Source of the DNA: Orbicella franksi
Lineage: Eukaryota
Reading direction: 5' to 3'
Assembly: GCA_964199315.1 (NCBI GenBank)
Contig: OZ116712.1
Span: 12,090,001 to 12,154,000, forward strand
DNA length: 64,000 nt
Under the pieces are notes generated by a model that did no database searches, had not been told where the DNA came from, and saw only the letters and a program-made list of their open reading frames with translations. Of this stretch, positions 13,301-24,900 are shown one piece after another (the stretch's first letter is position 1; every line of letters begins with the position of its first letter). A program made the position numbers and the translations under genes.

Positions 13301-15741
13301 TGGCACGCGATGTCATTGCTGTGCTGTCAGTTCTGAATAAAGTTGTCTTGCATGCGTGGAACCACAGTTAACAGAGGGGAATGGTTATGAAGCCTGGCAA
13401 ACATCAAAGAAGCAAACGAAAATGCCAAGATTTATGTTGGAAGGTCCACGACCGTGCATAATCTTTTGTCTTCCGTTCGTACACTATGCTTTAGTTACGT
13501 AACCCAAACGTCTCTATTGGTTAGGTCCTCGGTCAGTAGTAAACAACTATTGCGTTTTGTGAACGGTCGAGTTTCATAACCATTCTCCTCTATTAACTAT
13601 TGTTGAACACTGAACTCTTCATTTCAAAATCTACGTTTAGTTGAAACTGAATTAAATTAATTGTTCAGCTGAATCTGTTGAGTATTCGCCTCTCCATATT
13701 GCGACGAAAAATGATAATCATAATAAATAACCAAAGACATCTAAAATGTGCTGACCTGTGCAACTCTCAGAAGCCTATTCCTCCGTTGTTTTTCCGTTTT
13801 GGTTTTTTTGGCTTTGATAAGATATATTCGATGACTAACTTATGTTCCCAGAGGAGTTTGCTTGTCAAGCCATTTACTGAAAGCAGTAAAGACCTTGAGC
13901 TCTCAGAATTTTCTGGTGTAGTGTTTTCAATTCATTTCTCTGGTAAGGAAACGGAGAAGCCCAATATTTCTTGTTCTGAAGCCTCTGTTGTAATGGTAAT
14001 TAGAATCACTTTTCCAGGCTTTTGAAGATTGCATTTAAAGAACGGTCCTTTCATCACTTCTTGGTCAGTTAGTTATCCGTTCCGCATGTTTTTCTAAAAG
14101 CAGATAGCAAATTATAGCTTCATTTTGGAGAACTTTTCAGCACTACATTTCTTTCGCTTCATTGCATTTGTTCATGCCTAAACTGAGCACTTATTTTAAA
14201 AATACTATAGCCTTATGAATGTATCCAGTTCAAATAATTTTTAATAAGAAATATGTTTTCCACAGTTCAGTTTAGCGAAAACACTTCACTGTCATACCTT
14301 AAGAAATTGATTCCTGTTGACTTTCTAAAGGCTTGCCAAGTGCTTCGGCGACTCCCAGTCACGGCAGTGTGGTCGAAATGACAACCGCCTTTATATAAGC
14401 CCGTTTCAGCTCTGTGGCACGCGGAAGCCACTTCAGGCTAATGATAGCTTTGTCATATCTCTACCTGAGGCATAGATATTGCACATTACAAAACTCAGTC
14501 CTTAAAAATAGACCCTACAAGATGCACTTGTCATTTCGCTCTTTGGCCATTCTCGTTTTAGCCGACAGGGCATTACCATTTTAGGTTAGCAAGAGGTTCA
14601 GATATAAGCATGGATAGTCGAATATCATTATTTTGTTTTTCCAATTTTGTTGATATAGCTATATCCCCTTGTTTATAGATGACTGGCAACAGACTGAGTC
14701 TCCAGCACTTCCACGGATCAATACTACTTCAACTCTTTATCGACTGATGTTACAATATTGGAACAACACAAATGCCCAATCATTGGTGAACAAGTGTGGT
14801 CGTCTTCATAGCATAATAGCTTACCTTGGCAATGATGCAACCAGTTGAAAACACCCATAATTTTAGCATTAAGTGCTTTTAATTCAAAAACGTCTCGGTG
14901 AAACCCAGATTAAGATACAACGTTTTGCAAAGTTTTTTTTTTTTTTGAAAAAATATATATATAGGTAGGAATCAGAGACAATTCAAACTTTCGAAAATTT
15001 AAGGAGGCTCTGAACCCTACACACAGAATTTTTTTAAAACTACGCCAAAAGTTGTATCCATTTGTGTTCTCTTGGTTTTGGACCATAAGCGCTTGAAGCT
15101 AAGGGTTCTTTTTTAACAGGTTGAATAGTTCCTATGGTAACGTATTATACCTTGAGAATGACCACAACTTGTTGACCAATGATTGGGCATTTTTGTGTGA
15201 TATCAGTGTTGTAATATCACTTGATAAAATGTGAGGTTATTAACCCGTCAAAATATAACTGCTGGAAAGTGCTGGAAACTGTGACCAACCACCTTAAACT
15301 ATTTCTATACTATTTGTTTTTTATCCTAGCTGCAAAAAACATTGGTTATCGTGGAAATTCGCTTTCAATAGACATTTACGAAACCAAGAAAAGTTCCCTT
15401 CTGAACTTCTCAATAATTCTTGGTAGCGTGATATTTTCAACCACTGCTCGATATAATTTTAGATGTTTTGAGAAAAATGATTAGTATGTTTTCATTTTCT
15501 ATTCCCAGAAATAAATATTTTTAGCTTCGTCAGACTAATACCTATATCGTGCAACACTCTAAATTTAATTTTAACGCGAAATTCTGAATTCCATGAATTC
15601 CGTAAAAAAATGCAGAAGCTATTGCAAAAACATGCAACATTTTCTTGCCTCAACAAAGATAATAAAGGTAACTTATAATAACACTTTAGTAAATTAAGTA
15701 ATTTGAACCTTAAAGCCTGGTTTTTACCACGTCAGACTGAC

Positions 15742-15871
15742 AGTCGTCAGAATAGACTTGTTTGATCGAGAGCCTTAGCATTTCGCACTTTGCAGAGTAC
15801 AAGAAGGTCTTTAAGCCTTGAGTATTTATTTACGTTCACGAGATTATTTACCCTTCGTAAGACCTCCATAA
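15742..15871 (+). repeat. ~130-bp dispersed direct repeat; second copy at 17392-17516
   Basis: Both copies run AGTCGTCAGAATA...CCTTAG(C/T)ATTTCGCA...AGACCTCCATAA; diverged but clearly alignable. Confidence 0.6.
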
Positions 15872-18347
15872 GAATCCTGCTAATTTTCTTTTTTTTGGCA
15901 CGACTTGTGGGAAAAAAATATTTGGAGAGTTGTCACCTGAGCAATTGGGTCCCTCTTCTCAGTTGCCACCAGTGTGACAGGGCAAGTGGTGCAGGAACAT
16001 GTATAGCGGGCTTTTTAGGTGATTCAAACTCAATTTGTTGGTAATGTCTTAAACCCTTGCTCTCCGCCTCGCAGAACAGATGCCCTTCTATAACAGGGCT
16101 TTCCTCTGTTCTCAACGATGTAGAACAGTTTAAGATATAGTTGGTAATATGCATATTTTGATTTATGAAAAAAAAAATGTTAATATTTCATCTGCGTTTG
16201 GCCAAAGATAATTGTCAATCTCTAATCAATACGAACCTTGTAATTTGCAGAGTTTCAGTTCAGTTTCCGAATAGTCGTGCCGAAGAAAAAAGAATCACAA
16301 AGAATAAACAAGAAACATTCCAATGACGGAAGTTCTAAGAATATAATCATAACGCTTTGCTATCGTTTTTAAAGCTGTTAGGTAAATGTTTACTTTTTAT
16401 GTGCTTTATGTGCTTTTCTAGCAGTTATCATGATTATCCTACATGTGTGGATTCAATTGCTAAAATTTCATCCCATAGATGACGTCTTTGTTGGTATTCG
16501 CTTTGTCAGCGAGGTCAGCGAAACTAAAAGGTTGCGATTTGCGTCAGCCAACGGGGATTATTTTGCAAAAAAAAAATCAAATGAGATCAATGTAATCTTA
16601 AATATTTTGCTGATGATGCACTTTCCTTTTGCACATGAAACAATTCATGAATGTTTTGTTCGCAGCTTCTAGATCTAATCGGATCAACTGGGCTTGGTTT
16701 AGGCTCCAAGCCAAACGTTTAAACACTGCTCGCAGTCATTTTACAAATTTGTATAATCTTTTGAAAGGAAATCATACAAGCTCTGAACTGAGCTAAGTAA
16801 CAAACATGTTTCGTCTTGTAGTGTAATTTAAAGACAACATACTATGCTCTGATCTTCATAGATGTCATCGCTTTATGACAATCAATGTGTCTGCTCATTC
16901 ATCAAAAAATAGAAACTTCCATGGTGTACTGTGTGAGATACATATAGGGCAAACATTTAACAAACACGCAAGTTCTGACCTGAAATGTTATCAATGTTAA
17001 GTAGATGGACGTATTTCATTAGCGATTTGCAGTTACCGGGGTACACACAGAGACACAGCAGAAGGTAATTTATTTTATCTAGAGACTGATTCCACTCCCG
17101 GGATTCCAGTTCACATACAACTCTTTTACATCAGTTTTCGGCGCAGAAAACATCTTACTTGTGACCCTCCTCGACTGCTTTAGAGGTAAATGTTTCACTT
17201 TTAACCGTCTGAGTTAAATCCGATACACCGTGACTGAGCTGTCCTATACGAGAATGCCATGTCATGCGGTCAGTTTAGTATGCGGACATACGTAGGGTCA
17301 TGTTTGTTCATGGGGCCTTTACTAAAACTTCTCTACTTCTCTACGATGGTCATAAAACGTTTTCCCGCCGGACCTTGGATATAGTCCTTTGAGTCGTCAG
17401 AATAAGCTTGTTTCAGGGCCTTAGTATTTCGCATTTAGCAGAATACAAAGAGGTCTTCAAGCATTGAGCATTTATTTATGATTCATTGTTCTTTACTCTT
17501 CTTAAGACCTCCATAAATCCACTTGACACTACAATTAATTACGCGCCCAAGCTGCCACCTTTTTTGTGTTTGCGTTAGGGTTTTCTTTTCATCTTGAAAG
17601 AAAATTGACGGTTGATTTCTCTCTAGTTTTTCGACCAGTTGTTGTGTTTGAGAGAACGCAGTTCTAATCGGGTAATCAAGTTTTTGTGTACATCTATCTT
17701 TCTATGAACACCAATTTGGCCTCCCTCTCCAAAAAATTCTTCAGGAGCGAATGACGTCATCTCCGTGTTCGCCCATGTGCTTTCTTTCTAGTAGTTTGCA
17801 ATATTGCGGACTTTCGAGTGTCGAGGCAATTTATTGTGGACTGTAGCGGATAAGTTTGAAGTTAGTGTTAGTGGCATTTAAAAACCTTGCAAACATATCT
17901 TCACGAAATGTGTACGACTTTTCGAACGAACAGAAAGCTGTAGTCTGGCTGCGTTTTGTGTACCCTCTTCTCCTCGACCAAAACCGACGCTGCTTTCTGC
18001 TGAGTAAATCAAAGGAGGAAATGTGAAGTTTCGCTTCGCTGGCCTAGATTTCTGTGCGCAAAATATGTAACATAAACCCAACGAAAGTGTTTACAAAGGA
18101 AAAGAGTTCAACCCTCACATGATTACTTTAGTACGTACACCAACATGTCCTCCGTTTCATTGTTTCGGAAGTGAAAATGATCAATAGCAGTTTCCAATAG
18201 CTGTTCCCCCAAAGCCAAGGCGATTCAAAGTCGTGTTCGTAAACAGAATAATTGCCCTAGTTTTGGTAATAAAAGCACGTCGTCTCACATACCGACGGAA
18301 CAGGCAACGTTTGTGTCGATTTACACGGTCCAGAATCGTTGGGTTCT

Positions 18348-18465
18348 GGTCAGTGTAAAATATGGACTGCGTACTGGGGACTGGGGACTGGGGACTGTGG
18401 ACTCTAGACTGTGGACTGCGGACGAAATGCGGCCTACCGACTGCAGTCCGTGTTTTATGCTGACC
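18348..18465. mobile_element. Small palindromic MITE with internal GGGGACT/GGACT repeats
   Basis: TIR GGTCAGTGTAAAATATGGACTGC / GCAGTCCGTGTTTTATGCTGACC. Confidence 0.6.
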
Positions 18466-19370
18466 GGTCGTAACTATTACGCAATACATGTATAAACGAG
18501 AACAAACCCTCTCGTATGCACGTGCTTTGTGATCAATTCATTTGTTTTCGCCCCTGCTGGAGTGAGGCCAATTTCACGTCTACCTAACAGCTCAGGCTCA
18601 AAATGCTGTTCCTAGAATTTTTGCTTTTTTAACATACCAAACCTACTAGCACTCGAACGCACTCTTAAATCTAGGATTACTACTAGTCAAATAATAATAT
18701 TCAAGCGCTAAACTTCAGGGGAAGGACGGGAATTTTTCATCTCTGTACAATAAACTTCTTGAAAACAACCACCAAAGAGAATTTCAGATGGTATATGAGG
18801 AGAAAAGCGAAACTTTTTGGGCGCTACAAGCAAATCACGCTACTTGCCAACTCCATCAAGTAGTGCGTCCTCATGATGTCTAAATTCAACATGTTCTTAA
18901 TCTGTTGACTATCTTGCTTTGTGACATCGATGCTGCATAGATTCGTTGACTCTTACAGGTATTTTTATCACGCGCGCTTTCAAACAACAATGAAGAATGA
19001 GAAATGAACATCTAATTTTAGTTTTTAATGAAAAAAAAAAAAAGAAATGGTTGCCAAAGCCCATTTACAAGAAACGTGCTTCGGCGGCACGAATGAGATT
19101 AATTTGAATTAAGTAACAACTTCCTGAACACATTTTAAGGAAGATCGTTTTTACGCCAAAGCTTGAATGTTTGTTTAAGGTTCTCCCGCTTCCCCCTTTT
19201 CCGATTACTTCCTTGTTACCTTTTTTAGACTCGCAAACAAATTACTAAATGAATATAGAAACTAACGTGGCAGAATGACTTATGGTTTGTCACTGTTACC
19301 TCTGAAAGTGTCTTAATTTCACAATGTCTTCGTTTGCTATGAGCGATAATCAAGTCGGTTTGCTTCGACT

Positions 19371-19460
19371 TAGGCTCAATTTCCAGCCGTTTTGTGAGCC
19401 CGCGTTCCTTGCCCCACACCAAAACAACCGCACTCCCAAAACGGCTGGAAATCGAGCCAA
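19371..19460. mobile_element. 90-bp MITE with 9-bp TSD
   Basis: TIR TAGGCTCAATTTCCAGCCGTTTTG / CAAAACGGCTGGAAATCGAGCCAA; perfect TSD GCTTCGACT at 19362-19370 and 19461-19469. Confidence 0.8.
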
Positions 19461-21626
19461 GCTTCGACTGCGACTAATTCATTTCTCTTCCATCGTAGAA
19501 GACTTAATGGTTATTACTGAAGCACTCCCATATCATTCAAATTGGTTCGGTATCATTATTCAAACTGCGGCCTGCAACCGATAAAAATCATAGCGGCTGT
19601 GAGCCACTGAACTCGGATAATGATATCAATCCATAAGCCATGGGGTCAACTTCCATGAAATTTGTACAATGCTCTTTTTCTACTTTCTTTTTATGAGCAC
19701 TCGCGCACTTTTTAAAAAAAGTTTTATAAAAGTTTTATTTTGACACAACATATTTTAATGATAAAAAGTGCGCAAATCTGTGACAGAGATCATTGTGGAG
19801 TTCTTCCTGGTATTGCAGTCAAAAATGGGAAGAACATTTTCTCTGGTTAAATGTGATGCATAGGCTGAAATGGCCGTGGCTCTTTTGCCCGAGTCCAAAT
19901 AAAAACCTAGAACCCATATTTTTGCGAAACTATCTTTAACTATGGGTGTAGCGAAAAAACTAGAACTTGGTATCAAGATGAACAGTGCTTTCAAATAGAG
20001 ACATCATTGTCAACAGTCTCTCCTATAACGTAACATAATAGGAACACTAACATAATTGTTTTGCCCAAGAGCACAGCGAATAAACTGTGCAGTCTCACAA
20101 CAACAATTTTTAAGAATAAAAATTCAACATTTACAAGTTGAACATAGTTAGGATAGATTACATACACATCAAGTGAAAAATAGTGTGGATTCCTGTTATG
20201 TAATCAATGCAGAAACAATAAGAAAATTTGTAAAATTCATTTTTTACCTCGTGTCCACGTGACTTTGGTCATGACTTTGGTCACGTGGATACAGAGCCGC
20301 GTAAACGACATGGAATTCGAAACTGTGTGACAATCTGTTTTAACCCTTTTAATAAACGGTGGTACATACTGAAGTCCCAAAAAACTAAATGGAACCGTAA
20401 CATAAGAAATCATATGATGCGCACTTTCCGAGAGTAATCAAACAAGTGTAAATCACAACAATTAATTGTCAATACGGGTGGAATCGGGCCAGATCGAATT
20501 TTAGTCATTAAATTAACGGAAGTAAAAATGTATCCTGTTAACATGATCTAGCGTTATGCTTGCATCACACTTCTTTGGTTTGGCAGTGGATTTTTTCCCA
20601 CCAAACAGGTGACACGAGGTAGCCTTTGATTCATTTTAAGGTACTCTGTTTGAACAGCCTCAAGAGGAATGCTCACGCCATTGCCCATTCTGCTTCGCAT
20701 TTTCTTTGAGCTCAACTACAGCAAACATTCAGGGCTTGTCCTTACTAAGACAATAGAGAACTCTGAAGGGTGAACCATTGCCTGCTATATCTTTAGGATT
20801 AGAGAGTTTGTTCGGCTGGTGTCTAGTAAAGCTTATTTATATGTTACTTTGATTAAAAAACCTCTTCAAACTTCTGTTGTCTTTGACATAAAGAAAATGC
20901 AACACGTAGGCTAACTATAATGCCAGTCCCTTTTACAACATATCGTTTCATAGACTGTGAAGAAAAAAAGAACCCTCACTGATTCAGGTATGAATTCTAG
21001 TTTTAATTGTTGATACAGCCCTTTTTTATGTTTCTAGTGAGAATATGTTGGCACACCAAGAGGATATTCTTTGGTTGTTTTGCCATCTGACAATCATATT
21101 TGAACAGTACGCTAACAGAAATTAGGTAATTTTTCGAGATTGAATACATGTAAAGAATGTGTATTTGTCAATTGTCATTGAAATCTATCAATTTTCTCAC
21201 GCGTGATTGGTGCAAACAATTCAAGCAAAGCAACATTTGCATTTTATGTTGACAAGTTCACTTCCATGATCCTGAGCTATACAGTTAAATTGGATAGTAC
21301 TAAACATCGAATATCTTTGAATGCTGACAATGTTATTTCGAAAAGTAGACAAGAGGTCCCTAAAAAGGGAGGCCCAATGCAAAAACACTTGACAGAATAT
21401 ACATGCATATGATATTTGGACATTACTTGTTTCTTAAACGTTTTACCATAAAACTTTGTACGTGCGTCACCCTGTCTGTTATTAAGCCCATCTATACACA
21501 GTATTGGGTTGCACTACTCTACTGAAAAAAAGCTCCAGATCCCCCATCCTCCACCACTTCACCCATCCCCCACTCTCCCCCCCCCCCCCCGTCAAAAAGA
21601 AAAAAAAACTGACTGTTTCTTTGCTG

Positions 21627-21929
21627 CCACTAAACCTTGAAAATATGTCAGAAGTTGAAAGAATTAAAAAGGAATTTAAAAATACGAAATTTTTAACTGG
21701 CAGTAGATAATCAATGGGCAGGTTTCTTGGCTACCACCAACCCTTGAAAATATGTATAAGAACATTTAAAGAATTAAAAGAATTAACAATACCAAATTTT
21801 TAACTAATAATACATTATCAATGGACAGGTTTCTTGACTACAACTAAACCTTGAAAATATGTAAGAAAACTGAAGAATTAAAAAGGGATTTAAAAATACG
21901 ATATTTTAACCAGCAGTACATAATCAATT
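21627..21929. repeat. Three tandem ~107-bp units just downstream of the ENPP stop codon
   Basis: Units start at ~21627, 21734 and 21841, each with AA(A/C)CCTTGAAAATATGT...AAGAATTAAAA...TTTTAAC...ATCAAT. Confidence 0.8.
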
Positions 21930-21939
21930 TTGTAAATAG

Positions 21940-24900
21940 CTACAAATCAAAATCGGATGTTCCTAAATCATAAATATGTCCATACTGTTTCATTCTGCAA
22001 TGATTTTTGACACAGAATGACACAATACCATAGCTCATAAACAGAAAAACTAGAAATGAAATCACACAAATCACTACCAGTACTGTAAAGTCCTGCGTCA
22101 ATTTCTCTGGTGCTATTTTAAGCAGCTGTTGAACTGCTTGCAACGAGCCATTGTTTGGTGAAGGTATAATTCCAAGTATGTGACACATAAGAGGGTAAAT
22201 ATTCACATTTTCAAATGGCTCAGAGATGATGTTTTTCTTGAATGCTGGTCCCTGAGCAAGGAAAAAAGGGTGCATATCTGGATACTTGTTACTGTAACCA
22301 TGGTCTCCAAGTTTTTTCAACTGCGACAAGTTTTTAGCAATAATCCACTGGTCATCTGCTACGATCAAAATTGGCATGATACGCCTGTTGTGTTTGTAGT
22401 GGAATTCTTCAGGAATTTTCTCTTTCAGGTAAACATTAAGATGTGGAATTCCTTTGAGGCGTTGGTAAGTCTCAATTAACTTGCCATCTTTGGGCAAAAT
22501 GTGGAAGTATGTGTTAGATGTCCTGTATGTTGCTCCAGGCACTGTAATAAGTGTGTACCAGTCAGATGGAACAAACTTATCCAAGAGAATAATGCGGGAT
22601 TTGTTTAATTCTGCCATTCCATGATCACTAGTGATAATCAAGTTCACCTACAGGTAAAAGAGAATTGTTTCAGGTTAGTCTGCTATGCTCAACCATAAAA
22701 TAAAGAACTACCCATACTCACCCCACAGAGGGAGGGGGAGGGGTGCTTTCAAAAGCCATGGTTTTGAAGCAAAACTAGAATTTTCAGAGGTCTGGTGGGT
22801 GGGTCACAAACACAAAATTTCTATTTCACTTCTGGTTTTTGCTGCCTCAAAGGTTGAAGCACAAATGTGCAAGACATTTGAAGAAATGATTTGAGAAAGA
22901 GCAGTGACAAACCAAATTATGAGCTGCTAAACTAGGTGTATTTATAAATGTCATATTTAAATTCCCAATGCCAAAAGTAACTTTCAGTTTCAAAGTGGCA
23001 GATTTCAGAGATTTGAGACAATTATAAGCAGCAATTTGGGTGGGAACTGTAAACAAACATTTGACCTCTGTGGAGGAGACAACGCGAAGCAGGGGCTTCA
23101 CTGCTTGGCTTTCAACCCAAAAACCTTTCATAGAGGAGGTATGAACATTTCAGGAACAACACATTTAACCTTTCAGGATACTTCAGCTTGCCACATTTAT
23201 AAAAAATACATAGGGACACACACATTTTTGTACACAAAATTCAAAAGGTTTTCTGCACTTTTTTTGAACCACTTTCTCTACTTAGATTCAAGACTAATAT
23301 ATAGATTTAGCCAAGCCTAAAAGCAGAGCTCTGGCCGGGTTGTTCAAAGCCTGATTAAGCTAACCCAGGATAAGCAAGAAAGCTGGAAATTTTAAAACTG
23401 TTTTTTCAGATTTGCATATATCAGACTTCGTATAAAACCTGCATTACACAGCAAGTGGTACAGCACAACAGGCTTAGCATTTCATAGTTGCAAAGAACCG
23501 TTCGTTAATTTTCAAGGTTGGTCAATATATCATTATTCCACTGTCCAATATCAAAACATTGTTAACAACACAGGTGAAAATAAGAAAGAAATGTTATTGA
23601 ATGGTCATATTGACTTTAAATGCAGTACTTGATTTGTAGGCTATTTTTTTCTGGTGACTTGTCTGTGACATGTCTTTTTTCGAATGACCGAATCATATCA
23701 TGAAAAGTGCACAATGATATCTCTTGCAAGATTCCACAGGTGTAAATCTCATACCCAGATCTTCTTGCTCTTTGGGAGAAAACTGGTTAGGTTTGATTTA
23801 CTCACACCAAATGTGTCTGAAATCTGACACAGACACGACAGCAGATGCTCGACAATTTAGATGCTTTTAACAGACCTTTAGCTACTTTCCTATATACAGT
23901 TGTAGAGTCTGAAAGTTCACTGACTCAGGACAGACAGAGTTGGAGAGTGAGAAAAATACCACTGCTCTAGTTTTGTTGATCAATATTCAAATTCTCAAAA
24001 GAGTTACAAGATGGGTATGCTGTGTTTCACACATACAAGCTGGCTGTAAAGTTCCCTCACATCTTCTAGCTCAAAGACATGATTGCTTTAAGTGTTTTAC
24101 TGAGAAGGTTCACCTACAAACTATCTGCTACCAGTTCAGTAAAGAAATATTCTGAAAACAAAAGCTTAACAAAACAATAAATGCATTTTCTTATTAACTC
24201 TTGAAAGTATGTGTGCATGTTTGCATAGACCCTTTTCATAAATGGCGGCCAATTATAAATTCTTTTATAAGTATTAAAATTAGTCCTACTTGACAAACCT
24301 TGTTTTTAAGCTGATAATTTGAAATAATTTTTACCCTCAAACAGGATAGTGAGGGTAATTTAAATGATTGATACTGGTTTTGCCCCATGGCGAGTATGCC
24401 CTCACTGAGTTCGCCCCCACGGGGCAAAACCGGCAGCTACCACAGGAGAATGGAAGGCTACAGGGTATAATTTTTGAAATGATCTGAAATTGTAGAAAGA
24501 ACGTAAATTACAAAGAATCGATTGAAAAAAATTCGTATTTCAGTGCAAATCAAATAGAAAACTAAGAGAATTTGCCAGAATTGAACATCCGCCATTTTGT
24601 TAGCATTCTTTTCCGGTTACTTCCAAATACAGTAAGGATTACCGTCTGCCATCTTGTGATGTCAAAGTGCTCATGCTTTCGTTCCTACTTTGTGTGCTCG
24701 CCTCCGCGTGCAATGTTTTGGTGTTCTCGCCCTTTATTAGTCGTGATTAGTCGCGGATTTTCGCAGCTATATTGTGTATAGTTTGGGACAACAGAATGCT
24801 TGATAATAGTTACAAAACATGGCTGAGTTTGAACCCTATTCCTTCGAACCCATGTGAAATTTCTCGGTTTCCGATGGAGAGAATACAGCTGACGGCCAGA

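Noticed and set aside
13678-14025. 115-aa ORF and its antisense frame
   Set aside because: No recognisable domain, the antisense frame has stops, and no supporting splice structure was found.
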